From: Clostridia bacterium
GTDB lineage: Bacteria > Bacillota > Clostridia > TANB77 > CAG-508
Length of the DNA: 64,000 nt
Direction of reading: 5' to 3'
Assembly: GCA_017437145.1 (NCBI GenBank)
Contig: JAFSBT010000009.1
Span: 7,234-71,233 of the forward strand
The position numbers and the translations under genes are program-made. Under the pieces are notes generated by a model. That model ran no database searches. It was not told the origin of the DNA and saw only the letters and a list, made by a program, of their open reading frames with translations. This document shows, piece after piece, positions 46,365 through 57,802 of the stretch (position 1 is its first letter; the number at the start of each line of letters is the position of its first letter).

Positions 46365-49300
46365 ATGTATTTAAAGAGATTAGAATTGCAAGGATTTAAA
46401 TCATTTGCAGATAAAACTGTATTAGAATTTATGCCAGGAATAACCACAGTAATAGGACCAAATGGGTCTGGAAAAAGTAATATTTCAGATTCTATAAGAT
46501 GGGTTCTTGGAGAACAAAGTATGAAGTCTTTAAGAGGAAGTAAATCTGAAGACATTATTTTTGCTGGAACTCAAAATCGTAAATCTTTAGGTTTTGCTGA
46601 GGCATCAATAGTAATAGATAATTCAGATGGAAAGTTACCTATAGAATATTCTGAAGCAACAGTTACCAGAAGAATATATAGAAATGGTGAAACAGGATAC
46701 TTTATAAACAAAACCCCATGTCGTTTAAAAGATGTATTAGAATTATTTATGGATACAGGAATTGGAAAAGATGGATATTCTATAATAGGTCAAGGGAAAA
46801 TAGATGAAATATTAAGTAATAAATCTGAAGATAGAAGAAAAATTTTTGAAGAAGCTGCAGGAATTGTAAAATATAGAACTAGAAAAGCTGAATCTGAAAA
46901 AAAATTAGAACAAACTAAATTAAATTTATTAAGAATAAATGATATCTTATCAGAAATTGAAGTTAATATAGAACCTCTAAAAATACAATCTGAAAAAGCT
47001 AAAAAGTTTTTAGATTTAAGAGAAGAGTTGAAGGCAATAGAAATAGGACTATTCATATACAATATAGATATTTATAAAGTAAAAATAGAAGAACTAATAA
47101 AAGATATAGAAATAATAAAAGCACAAAACGAAGAAGAAGAGAAAAATTTAGAATTATTAAATGAGAAAAAACTTACTTTAAAAATGGAATTAGATGAAAT
47201 AACAAGTAAAGTTGAGGAAATGCAAAATTTAGGTTTTGAAAGCAGCACAAAAATAGAAAAAATCAATTCAGAAATAAATGTTACTAATGAAAAAATAGCA
47301 AATAATAATGAAAACTGTTTAAGATATCAAAAAGAAATAGAAGAAGTAAATTTAAGAATTAAAGAACTAGAAGAGGAAAAAGTTTCAAGAATTGAGAAAA
47401 AAGAAACTTTAGGTGCAAATAGAGAAAGATTTGTGACAGAATTAGAAGAAAAAGAAAAAGCATTAGAAGAAATAACAAAAAAATTATCCGCAGAAGAAGC
47501 TTTAATTGAGGAAAAGAAAAGAGAAGTAGAATCAAAAACAGATTTAAAATATGAGAAAAAAGAACTAATAAATACACAAGATATAAATTATGAAAATTTA
47601 GAAAAAAGAGAAAAAACTATAAAAGTAGAAATTGTCGATACTATTTCAGAATTAGATGAAAAAAGATTAATAAAAAGTGAAATTTCTAAGGGTTTTACAG
47701 AAATCGATAATAAAAGAAATGAATGTAAAAAAAGATTAGAACAAATTTCAACTAAAAAAGAAGAATATGAAAGTAAAACTGCAGAATATGATAATAAAAT
47801 AAATAACTTAACCTCAGAATATAGAGTTAAAGAATCTAAATTAAAATTCTTAACAGATATGGAAAAAGAAAAAGAAGGTTATGCAAGAAGTGTTAAATCA
47901 TTACTTTTAGAATGCGATAAAAATACTGGACTTAATAAAGGAATGCATGGAGTTTTAGCTAATTTAATTAGTGTACCAAAAGAATATGAAACTGCAATAG
48001 AAATGGTGTTAGGATTAACACTTCAAAACATAGTTACAGATACTGAAGAAGATGCAAAGAAATTGATTGAATACTTAAGAACAAACAATTTAGGTAGGGC
48101 ATCTTTCTTACCAATTTCATCTGTTAAAGGAAAAAAAGTTGATAAACTAATAAAAAATGGTTTAGGTGGAGTAGTAGGACTTGCATCAGATTTAGTTAAA
48201 GTAGATAAAAAATATGAAGATATAATTCTAAATTTATTAGGTAGAACTGTTGTTGTTGAAGATATGGATACAGCAATAATTTTAGCAAGACAAAATAAAT
48301 ATGGATTTAAAATTGTAACATTAAAAGGTGATATTATAAATCCAAGTGGAGCTATTTCAGGAGGTTCTGTAACTCAAAAATCAAACGGAATAATTGGTAG
48401 AGCAACAGGAATAAAAGAATTAGAAAAAGATTTAAAATCTTTAGCACTAAAAATCGAAAAAATAGAATCAGAAAAAGAAAAATATGAAAAAGATTCTGAA
48501 AATGTTTTTGAGGAAATTACAGGAATTGGAATTGAAATGCAAGAAATTGAAATTTCACATGCTACTGAAAAGCAAAGAATGATTTCAATTGAAGAGACAG
48601 TAACTAGATTAGAAAAGAAATTAGAAAGCTTAAAAACTGAACAGGAACAAATAGGTGAAAATAAACAAAAAAACAGAGAAGAAAGAGAATTTTTAGAAAA
48701 AGAAAATATTGAAATTGAAAGTTTAATAGAAAATTTATCAATAGAAATAAAGAATTTTGCAGAAAAAAATAAAGATAATCAAAAATATATTGATGATTTA
48801 AATTTTGATATTACAAATTTAAAAATTTCATTAACATCTTTTGATGAAAGTAGTTTATCTCTTGATGAAATAATTTCTAGAATAGATAGTGATATAGCAA
48901 ATTATAAAAATAGTATAAACTACAAAAAAGAGGAAAGTGAAAAAGCAAAATTAGAAAATGAAACACTAAAAGAGCAAATAGTAAATTTAAATAGTGAAAT
49001 TGAAAATATTAAAGCGCAAGTTACTAATAGTTCTAACATTATAGAAGAATTAAAAGAAACAAGAAAAGTGAAAAATGAAAACTTAGATAAAATTGATACT
49101 GATGTAATTAATAAATACAAAGTAATAGAAGATTTGAAAAATCAAATATCAAAATTAGATGTAAAAAAATCAAAATTAGATTTTGAATTAGAACAAACGG
49201 TAAATAAAATGTGGGAGGATTATGAAGTAACTCCTAATGGTTTAAATGACGAATATAAAAAGCCTGAAAATGTTGCAAAGACGACTAAAAAAGTAAAAGA

Positions 49301-49922
49301 ATTAAGAGATGAAATAAAGAGTCTAGGTAGTATAAATATTGATTCTATTGAAGAATACAAACAAACTAAAGAAAGATATGACTTCATGAGTGAACAAAGA
49401 TTAGATTTAGAAACTTCTAGCACAAAACTTAAAAAAGTAATCGCAGATATTACTAAAACTATGAAAGAACAATTTTCAAAACAATTTAAAGTAATTAACA
49501 AAAACTTTGGAGAAGTATTTAAGGAATTATTTGATGGCGGACAAGCTGAATTAAAATTGATTGATGAAGAGAATATTTTAGAGTGTGGAATTGAAATAGA
49601 AGTTCAACCACCAGGAAAGAAACTTCAAAGTATGAGCTTATTGTCAGGGGGAGAAAAAGCGTTAACAGCAATTGCGTTACTATTTGCAATATTGAAAATA
49701 AATCCAGCACCATTCTGTGTGTTAGATGAAATTGAAGCAGCACTTGATGATGTTAATGTATACAGATTTGCTGATTATTTAAAGAAATTTACTAAAGATG
49801 TACAATTTTTAGTAATAACTCATAGAAAAGGAACAATGGAAGCGGCAGATACAGTTTATGGAATAACAATGGAAGAAAATGGGGTTTCAAAGTTGTTATC
49901 AATGAAACTTGACAAGAGATAA
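46365..49922 (+). CDS. smc: chromosome partition protein Smc
   Basis: 1185 aa. GPNGSGKSN Walker A, hinge, LSGGEKALTAIALLFA signature, C-terminal Walker B. Confidence 0.97.
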   Translation: MYLKRLELQGFKSFADKTVLEFMPGITTVIGPNGSGKSNISDSIRWVLGEQSMKSLRGSKSEDIIFAGTQNRKSLGFAEASIVIDNSDGKLPIEYSEATVTRRIYRNGETGYFINKTPCRLKDVLELFMDTGIGKDGYSIIGQGKIDEILSNKSEDRRKIFEEAAGIVKYRTRKAESEKKLEQTKLNLLRINDILSEIEVNIEPLKIQSEKAKKFLDLREELKAIEIGLFIYNIDIYKVKIEELIKDIEIIKAQNEEEEKNLELLNEKKLTLKMELDEITSKVEEMQNLGFESSTKIEKINSEINVTNEKIANNNENCLRYQKEIEEVNLRIKELEEEKVSRIEKKETLGANRERFVTELEEKEKALEEITKKLSAEEALIEEKKREVESKTDLKYEKKELINTQDINYENLEKREKTIKVEIVDTISELDEKRLIKSEISKGFTEIDNKRNECKKRLEQISTKKEEYESKTAEYDNKINNLTSEYRVKESKLKFLTDMEKEKEGYARSVKSLLLECDKNTGLNKGMHGVLANLISVPKEYETAIEMVLGLTLQNIVTDTEEDAKKLIEYLRTNNLGRASFLPISSVKGKKVDKLIKNGLGGVVGLASDLVKVDKKYEDIILNLLGRTVVVEDMDTAIILARQNKYGFKIVTLKGDIINPSGAISGGSVTQKSNGIIGRATGIKELEKDLKSLALKIEKIESEKEKYEKDSENVFEEITGIGIEMQEIEISHATEKQRMISIEETVTRLEKKLESLKTEQEQIGENKQKNREEREFLEKENIEIESLIENLSIEIKNFAEKNKDNQKYIDDLNFDITNLKISLTSFDESSLSLDEIISRIDSDIANYKNSINYKKEESEKAKLENETLKEQIVNLNSEIENIKAQVTNSSNIIEELKETRKVKNENLDKIDTDVINKYKVIEDLKNQISKLDVKKSKLDFELEQTVNKMWEDYEVTPNGLNDEYKKPENVAKTTKKVKELRDEIKSLGSINIDSIEEYKQTKERYDFMSEQRLDLETSSTKLKKVIADITKTMKEQFSKQFKVINKNFGEVFKELFDGGQAELKLIDEENILECGIEIEVQPPGKKLQSMSLLSGGEKALTAIALLFAILKINPAPFCVLDEIEAALDDVNVYRFADYLKKFTKDVQFLVITHRKGTMEAADTVYGITMEENGVSKLLSMKLDKR

Positions 49923-49944
49923 AGTTTATGGTAATATAATACAT

Positions 49945-50088
49945 ATTTCAAATAAAGCTCTGTAAGAGCAAAGCTCCGTTATTGGAGAATTAAATAACAT
50001 ACTTCTAGGAGAGCAACACTCTCCTTTCGTTTGAGCATCCGTTTCGGGGTAGGAGACCATTTGTTAATGGTCTCCTATTCCCATTTTG
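49945..50088 (+). ncRNA. tandem structured-RNA unit U1
   Basis: Promoter TTGACA(49909)-17-TAATAT. Hairpins GCTCT-GTA-AGAGC and CTCC-GTTATT-GGAG. Terminator TAGGAGACCA-loop-TGGTCTCCTA + TTCCCATTTT. Confidence 0.55.
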
Positions 50089-50162
50089 TTAGAAATAATA
50101 TTTTTATATAATTATATATATAACACTTGACAAAAGAATTAAACTGTGTTAACATAATAAAT

Positions 50163-50300
50163 ATTTAAAATATACTCTGTATAGAGTGAATTTCCGTCAT
50201 AGGAGAGTAATAAAAAGTTCTACTAAGGCTTTTTAGCCAGTGTCATAACTTTTTCCGGGGATGAGCGATCATTTATCAAATGGTCGCTTATTTCCATTTT
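50163..50300 (+). ncRNA. tandem structured-RNA unit U2
   Basis: Promoter TTGACA(50127)-17-TGtTAACAT. ACTCT-GTAT-AGAGT and TCC-GTCATA-GGA. Terminator GAGCGATCA-loop-TGGTCGCTT + ATTTCCATTTT. Confidence 0.55.
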
Positions 50301-50366
50301 AAGGATAAAATTTAGGTGATTATAAAAAACTTGACAAAAAATAAAACGCGTGGTAACATAATATAT

Positions 50367-50500
50367 ATTTCGATATCACTCAGTATTGAGTATATTATCC
50401 GTATTGGAATAAGAATAGACAACTTCGTAAGGACTTGTTCCTGACTCTTTTCATAGCTGGGGTAGGAGACCGTTTGTCAACGGTCTCCTATTCCCTTATT
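50367..50500 (+). ncRNA. tandem structured-RNA unit U3
   Basis: Promoter TTGACA(50331)-17-TAACAT. ACTCA-GTAT-TGAGT and TCC-GTATT-GGA. Terminator nearly identical to U1. Confidence 0.55.
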
Positions 50501-50579
50501 TGGGAATAATACTTTGATTTGATATAAAAATATATAGAATGAACCTGACAGGGAAACAAAAAAATGTTAATATAAGCTA

Positions 50580-50714
50580 TATTTGACAAAGCTCTGTATA
50601 GAGCACTAACTCCGTATTAGGAGTTGTGGGAGTGCGCAACAATTGTTATTTGTAAGCCATTCGAAAGTACTCCTACAAAGGGGGAGCCATCCATTTTTAT
50701 GGTCGGCTCTTTCT
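50580..50714 (+). ncRNA. tandem structured-RNA unit U4
   Basis: Promoter CTGACA(50545)-17-TGtTAATAT. GCTCT-GTAT-AGAGC and CTCC-GTATTA-GGAG. Its terminator abuts the asnB-like stop. Confidence 0.5.
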
Positions 50715-50720
50715 ATAAGT

Positions 50721-52442
50721 TTACAACTCAAATCTAGGATTAAATTCTTCAAGCCACATATTTAATTGAATTAAATATGCCATAAGTTGAGGGCCAGTCA
50801 TTAATTGACCAAACCATGGTTTTGAAAAGTTTTTACCATCAGTATTTAATATTTCAAAAACATAATCGTCATTAATTAAATTATGGATAGGTGATGATTT
50901 GTTTTCCATTATTTCTAGTAACATATTTTTTACAACTTTTAAGTAAGTTGGATTATGTGTTTTAGGATATGGACTTTTTTTTCTTTCTATTATTTCTTTA
51001 GGAAGTAATTTGTTCTTATCCATAATTAATCTTAATAATCCCTTTTCTCTACCATTTAAGGCTTTCATTTCCCAAGGAATATTCCATACATATTCTACCA
51101 ACTTATAATCGCAGAAAGGAACTCTAATTTCCAAACCATTACTCATTCTTTCAGCTCTATCTAAAAGTGTTTGCATAAACCAATTAAATGTTAAATGAGA
51201 GATTTTTCTAGAACGTTTAGTACTTTCAGAGTCATTATTTAAAAAAATAACTTCTGAAAGACTTTCATTATATCTATAATCAATATACTCTTTTAAATCT
51301 AGTTTTTTACTTATTTCTGGATTTAAAATGTTTTGTCTTTCCAATGTTGCTAATGACCATGGAAAAGTATTAGAAGTTAATGAATTTTCATTAAAAAACC
51401 AAGGATATCCTCCAAAAACTTCATCAGCACATTCTCCAGAAAATGTGATAGGACATTCTTTTTTTATCTCTTTGCAAAAAAGAAGTAAAGAAGAATCTAC
51501 ATCTGCCATTCCTGGATATCCTCTTAATAACATAGCTTCTTTTAAAGCTTTAGCAAGTTCAGGAGTATCTATAATAAATTTTTTATGAGATGTTTTATAG
51601 GTTTTTCTCATAATGTCTATATAATAGTTATCTGAATTTGGTTGAAATTCACTTTTAACGAAATGCTTATCATTATCTAAGTAATCTACGGAAAAAGTTT
51701 TTAAAGGCAAGCAATTATTTTTTTCAATATTTTTATATGCATAGGCTGTCATTATGCTAGAATCTAATCCACCAGAGAGCATAGTACAAATGTTTTTTTC
51801 GTCTCCTAGTTGCTTATTGATGGCAGACTCCAATAGATAGGCAACATGAGCACAAGTAGTATCTAAATCATCTTGATGTTCTTTACTATCAAGTTTCCAA
51901 TACTTATTAAAATGAATATCATTTTTATTAAATATTGAATAATGAGCAGGTTTTAATTCAAACACATCTTTAAAAGTGGTGAAACCAGGAGTGTGAGCGG
52001 GGCCAATTCCAAATATTTCTCCAATACTTTGTTCATTTAATATTGGAGTTAAATGAAATTCATCCAAAAGATTTTTTATACTTGAAGAAAAATATAAAAC
52101 ACGGTTTTCCATATAATAGTATAAAGGTTTTACTCCAAAATGGTCACGTGCTAAGAATAATTCTTCTTTCTTAGTATCCCAAATTGCAATAGAAAAAACT
52201 CCATCTAAATAATTAACAATATCATAACCATATAAAATAAATAATTTTACTAGAATTTCTTCATCACTATTTGATTCTAACTTAAAATTGCTTTCAGTAA
52301 GAATATTTTTCAAATTAGTTTTATTATATAATCTACCTCTAAAAATAATAAAATATTTATTTGAAGAATAATTTATTTCAATAGATTCTTTAAAAAAACA
52401 TTTATCATTTGCTTTAAAATCAACATAACCAGTAATAAACAT
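50721..52442 (-). CDS. asparagine synthase B-family protein with degenerate glutaminase domain
   Basis: Synthetase PP-loop MLSGGLDSS is intact. The N-terminus is MFITGY instead of MCG..., and RGRLYN replaces NGEIYN. Confidence 0.8.
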   Translation of the reverse strand: MFITGYVDFKANDKCFFKESIEINYSSNKYFIIFRGRLYNKTNLKNILTESNFKLESNSDEEILVKLFILYGYDIVNYLDGVFSIAIWDTKKEELFLARDHFGVKPLYYYMENRVLYFSSSIKNLLDEFHLTPILNEQSIGEIFGIGPAHTPGFTTFKDVFELKPAHYSIFNKNDIHFNKYWKLDSKEHQDDLDTTCAHVAYLLESAINKQLGDEKNICTMLSGGLDSSIMTAYAYKNIEKNNCLPLKTFSVDYLDNDKHFVKSEFQPNSDNYYIDIMRKTYKTSHKKFIIDTPELAKALKEAMLLRGYPGMADVDSSLLLFCKEIKKECPITFSGECADEVFGGYPWFFNENSLTSNTFPWSLATLERQNILNPEISKKLDLKEYIDYRYNESLSEVIFLNNDSESTKRSRKISHLTFNWFMQTLLDRAERMSNGLEIRVPFCDYKLVEYVWNIPWEMKALNGREKGLLRLIMDKNKLLPKEIIERKKSPYPKTHNPTYLKVVKNMLLEIMENKSSPIHNLINDDYVFEILNTDGKNFSKPWFGQLMTGPQLMAYLIQLNMWLEEFNPRFEL

Positions 52443-52482
52443 ACACCTCCAAAATATTTATATCAATAAATTTGTTGCAAAC

Positions 52483-52645
52483 GTTGTAGGGGCGACCATT
52501 GGTCGTCCGCTCTTCGAAGAAATCTCTATTAATGCAAAATTAATAAATATAAAAATTTAAATTATAGAATAAAACAGCAAACATAAATTTATTATTTTAG
52601 GTATTCTTATAAAGCACGGACGACCAATGGTCGCCCCTACAACGT
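52483..52645. repeat. family-A halves as terminal inverted repeats around a 92-bp AT-rich spacer (MITE-like)
   Basis: GTTGTAGGGGCGACCATTGGTCGTCCGCTCTTCGAAGA ... AAGCACGGACGACCAATGGTCGCCCCTACAACG. Confidence 0.8.
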
Positions 52646-52744
52646 TTAAAATAAATATTAATCATTTAACAATATTATATGAAAAAATAAAAAAATGTTG
52701 CAATTTTATTTGACAACAATTATAAGTTATGGTAAAATATTCAT

Positions 52745-52835
52745 CTGTAAGCCGCATAAGTCGGGTTTTAAAGCTTATTTATATAATAAGCTACCTAGAT
52801 TTTAATCTTAGCGAGTATTTAAAAGAAAGTGGAGG
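52745..52835 (+). promoter_or_regulatory. structured 5'-UTR of rplU (possible L21 leader)
   Basis: Promoter TTGACA(52709)-17-TAAAAT. Hairpin AGCTTATT-loop-AATAAGCT. Identity to the L21 leader family not verifiable here. Confidence 0.35.
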
Positions 52836-52847
52836 TGCTTCCAAAGT

Positions 52848-53204
52848 ATGTACGCAATAGTTGAAGCTTGTGGAAAGCAATATAAAGTAGAAAAAGGAGA
52901 CGTAGTATTTTTTGAAAAATTAGATACTGATGAAGGAAAAAAAATTACATTTGATAAAGTAGTTTTAGTGTCTGATGAAAAAGATACTAAAATTGGAAAT
53001 CCTTATGTAAAAGGTGTAAAAGTAGAAGGAAAAGTTGTTTCTCATGGTAAAGCTAAAAAAATTATAGTGTTCAAAATGAAACCTAAAAAGAATGAAAGAA
53101 AGAAACAAGGACATAGACAACCTTATACAAAAGTTGAAATAACAGCTATTAAAACTGCTAGTGAAAAGAAAGAAACAGCAGCTAAAAAAGAAGAAACAAA
53201 ATAA
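52848..53204 (+). CDS. rplU: 50S ribosomal protein L21 (Lys/Glu-rich C-terminal extension)
   Basis: [18 protein letters not shown] consensus start. Confidence 0.95.
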   Translation: MYAIVEACGKQYKVEKGDVVFFEKLDTDEGKKITFDKVVLVSDEKDTKIGNPYVKGVKVEGKVVSHGKAKKIIVFKMKPKKNERKKQGHRQPYTKVEITAIKTASEKKETAAKKEETK

Positions 53205-53251
53205 GGTTATAGAGAAAATTAAAAAAAGAATTTCAAGAGAGGTGAAAATAA

Positions 53252-53512
53252 ATGGCACATAAAAAAGGTCAAGGTAGTGTTAAAAACGGAAGAGACAGTG
53301 AGTCTAAACGTTTAGGTGTGAAAAGAGCAGACGGAGAATTCGTTTTAGCAGGAAATATATTAGTAAGACAAAGAGGAACAAAAATATATCCAGGAACAAA
53401 TGTTGATATCGGTAGTGATGACACATTATATGCATTAATCGATGGAACAGTTAAATTTGAAAGAAAAGGTAGAGACAAAAAACAAGTAAGTGTTTACCCA
53501 GTAGCAGAATAA
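53252..53512 (+). CDS. rpmA: 50S ribosomal protein L27 (no N-terminal propeptide)
   Basis: [24 protein letters not shown] consensus. Confidence 0.95.
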   Translation: MAHKKGQGSVKNGRDSESKRLGVKRADGEFVLAGNILVRQRGTKIYPGTNVDIGSDDTLYALIDGTVKFERKGRDKKQVSVYPVAE

Positions 53513-53575
53513 TAAATTAAAACTCTTCAAGAAATTGGAGAGTTTTTTTATATAAAAGTTTGTTTTTTGATATGT

Positions 53576-53655
53576 TTAGGGGTCGCCGTGGGCGATGACC
53601 CCTACAAATGTAATTTAATGTTATATGTAGGGGCAGACGCCCACGGCTGCCCTAT
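53576..53655. repeat. two family-A units in tandem
   Basis: TTTAGGGGTCGCCGTGGGCGATGACCCCTACAA ... TGTAGGGGCAGACGCCCACGGCTGCCCT. Confidence 0.75.
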
Positions 53656-53739
53656 ATAATTAAAGGTCGCATTTTATAGTTGTAATAACTCAAAAAATAC
53701 GATATAATATATAAATGAATTTTGGAAGGGGAAATTTTT

Positions 53740-56014
<2,275 letters not shown>

Positions 56015-56015
56015 A

Positions 56016-56046
56016 AAAAGTGAGCCCCTTAGGGGGGCTCTTTTTG
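56016..56046. terminator. bidirectional terminator obg / cassette 4
   Basis: AAAAAAGT-GAGCCCC-TTA-GGGGGGCTC-TTTTTG. Confidence 0.85.
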
Positions 56047-56229
56047 ATTGCTATACATCTTGCCGTTGATACAAACCTTAGGCAAGTTTAATGCTGCTGC
56101 AATAATATCCGCGTTGTATACGGACAATCTATCGGTAAAGATGTGTAATACACCGTTATAGCTGTAAACACCTACTCTGCCGGAACCATAATCCCGAAGA
56201 ACTTTGCGTGCGCATTCTTTTGTACTCAT
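56029..56229 (-). CDS. hypothetical 66-aa protein, GC-richer cassette 4
   Basis: Promoter TTGATT-17-TGtTACAAT (about 56300-56330, minus strand), RBS AGGAGAG. The stop lies in the terminator loop. In-frame CGG at 56196-56194. Confidence 0.45.
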   Translation of the reverse strand: MSTKECARKVLRDYGSGRVGVYSYNGVLHIFTDRLSVYNADIIAAALNLPKVCINGKMYSNQKEPP

Positions 56230-56348
56230 TATGCAATCTCTCCTAATATTTTATTTTCAAAGCAACTTGCTTTGAATTAGGAACTACATTGTAACACCGT
56301 TTAATATAAAAATCAAGGAAATATAAAAATAACAAATTATAATTTGTA

Positions 56349-56444
56349 TGAGAAGTGTGACGTGGGACGTGGGAAGTGCGAAATTTAAAAAATTAGGAAC
56401 CATAGCTCTAAAATCACACATCACACTTCGCACTTCTCACATCG
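56349..56444. repeat. family-B heptamer-arm inverted repeat
   Basis: gagaagt/gtgacgt/gggacgt/gggaagt/gcgaaat facing aaaatca/cacatca/cacttcg/cacttct/cacatcg. Confidence 0.75.
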
Positions 56445-56487
56445 AAATTACAATTTATATTATTTCTAAAAAATAAACCTAAAAACA

Positions 56488-56499
56488 AAACTTTTGTTT
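56488..56499. promoter_or_regulatory. putative LexA box overlapping the lexA -35
   Basis: AAACttttGTTTGAca. TTGACA-17-TAATAT promoter at 56498-56526. Confidence 0.55.
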
Positions 56500-56557
56500 G
56501 ACAAACGAAAAGGTATATGATAATATATAACCAAATAAATTTTCGGGAGTGATTATA

Positions 56558-57211
56558 TTGAAAAGAAATGATCCAAATGAATTAAATAAAAGAGAAGAAG
56601 CAATGCTTAAATTTATTGAAAAACACATAAAAGAAAATGGATATCCACCATCAGTTAGAGAAATTGGAAAAGCAGTAGGATTAAGCTCTACAGCTACAGT
56701 TCATAGCTATATAGCAAAACTTACACAAAAAGGATATATAAAAAAGGAAGACCAAAAAGGTAGAACATTAAAAGTATTAAAAGGTGGTCTTGCTAATGAT
56801 AAAAAAAGTACAGAAAAACCAATTTATAATGGTAGAGAATTAGTTGATGTACCTGTTATAGGGAAAATTACTGCAGGTGCACCTATTCTAGCTGTTGAAA
56901 ATATTACAGATACATTTCCAATTCCAATTGATTTTGTAGGAAATAGTGAAAGTTTCATGTTAACTGTACGTGGAGAAAGTATGATAGAGGCTGGAATATT
57001 AGATGGAGATTATATATTAGTGAAAAAACAAAACACTGCAAGAAATGGAGAAATTGTAGTTGCATTAATTGGAGATGAAGCAACAGTTAAAACATTTTAT
57101 AAAGAAAGCGACCATATACGTTTACAACCAGAAAACAGTACAATGGATCCAATAATAGTTCCAGATTGTAAGATATTAGGTAAGGTTGCTGGAGTATTTA
57201 GAAAACTATAA
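56558..57211 (+). CDS. lexA: LexA repressor
   Basis: Winged-helix [24 protein letters not shown]. Cleavage site and S24 peptidase motifs (VRGESM, LVKKQ). TTG start 8 nt after GGGAG. Confidence 0.93.
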   Translation: MKRNDPNELNKREEAMLKFIEKHIKENGYPPSVREIGKAVGLSSTATVHSYIAKLTQKGYIKKEDQKGRTLKVLKGGLANDKKSTEKPIYNGRELVDVPVIGKITAGAPILAVENITDTFPIPIDFVGNSESFMLTVRGESMIEAGILDGDYILVKKQNTARNGEIVVALIGDEATVKTFYKESDHIRLQPENSTMDPIIVPDCKILGKVAGVFRKL

Positions 57212-57336
57212 AGCAAATGAAAAGCAGCATCTTTCGTCGTTAAAATTAAAACAAGAATCCTCAATGTGCACAAAGCACACCTGCGGTTCTTGTTTTTATT
57301 TTGCCTAGCAATATACTACTTTTGATTTGCTTTTTT
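57211..57336. repeat. family-E structured 3'-UTR element
   Basis: Paralogue of 2352-2475, starting at the lexA stop. Confidence 0.6.
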
Positions 57337-57356
57337 TATAAATTTTAGCTGATATT

Positions 57357-57515
57357 GTATTTGGAATTTGTTGGCTGGATATTTGTAGGGGAGAACTGTG
57401 TTCTCCCGTGCTTCGAAGGCGGACGAACGATGTTCGCCCCTACAGTGTTTGCAATGTATTTTATAATATATTATCACCAAATTCTAAACTCCAATCACCA
57501 AAATCAATTAATGCA
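57357..57515. repeat. heptamer arm + family-A full element + complementary heptamer arm
   Basis: tttggaa/tttgttg/gctggat ... TGTAGGGGAGAACTGTGTTCTCCCGTGCTTCGAAGGCGGACGAACGATGTTCGCCCCTACA ... tcaccaa/attctaa/actccaa/tcaccaa. Confidence 0.8.
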
Positions 57516-57562
57516 TAAATATTTTAAACAAACTAATACTATATTTTAGAGGTGAATTATTT

Positions 57563-57709
57563 ATGCAAACAGATAAAAAGGTTTCAAAAAGAGATGATAT
57601 GACAAAATATGGTGAATTTGTATGTTCAGCTTTTCATTGGTTGCCAATTGAAGAACAAAAAAAGAAAGCAAAAAAAATGGCTGATATGACTAAAAACAAG
57701 AAGGATTAA
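57563..57709 (+). CDS. 48-codon Lys-rich sORF upstream of spoIVA
   Basis: RBS GAGGTG, 7-nt spacing, ATG. No family recognised. Confidence 0.35.
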   Translation: MQTDKKVSKRDDMTKYGEFVCSAFHWLPIEEQKKKAKKMADMTKNKKD

Positions 57710-57802
57710 ATTTTTATAAAAAAGTGTAATAATATTTTACCTTCCATAATATACATGTATTAAAGTTAGTACAAACGTTATTTTTGGGAGGTAAATATTT
57801 TT

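Noticed and set aside
50048-50300. Short peptides inside the tandem RNA units (U1 MVSYSHFVRNNIFI, U2 MSDHLSNGRLFPF).
   Set aside because: They are not conserved between units (U3 and U4 lack the ATG), and they lie within terminator stems.
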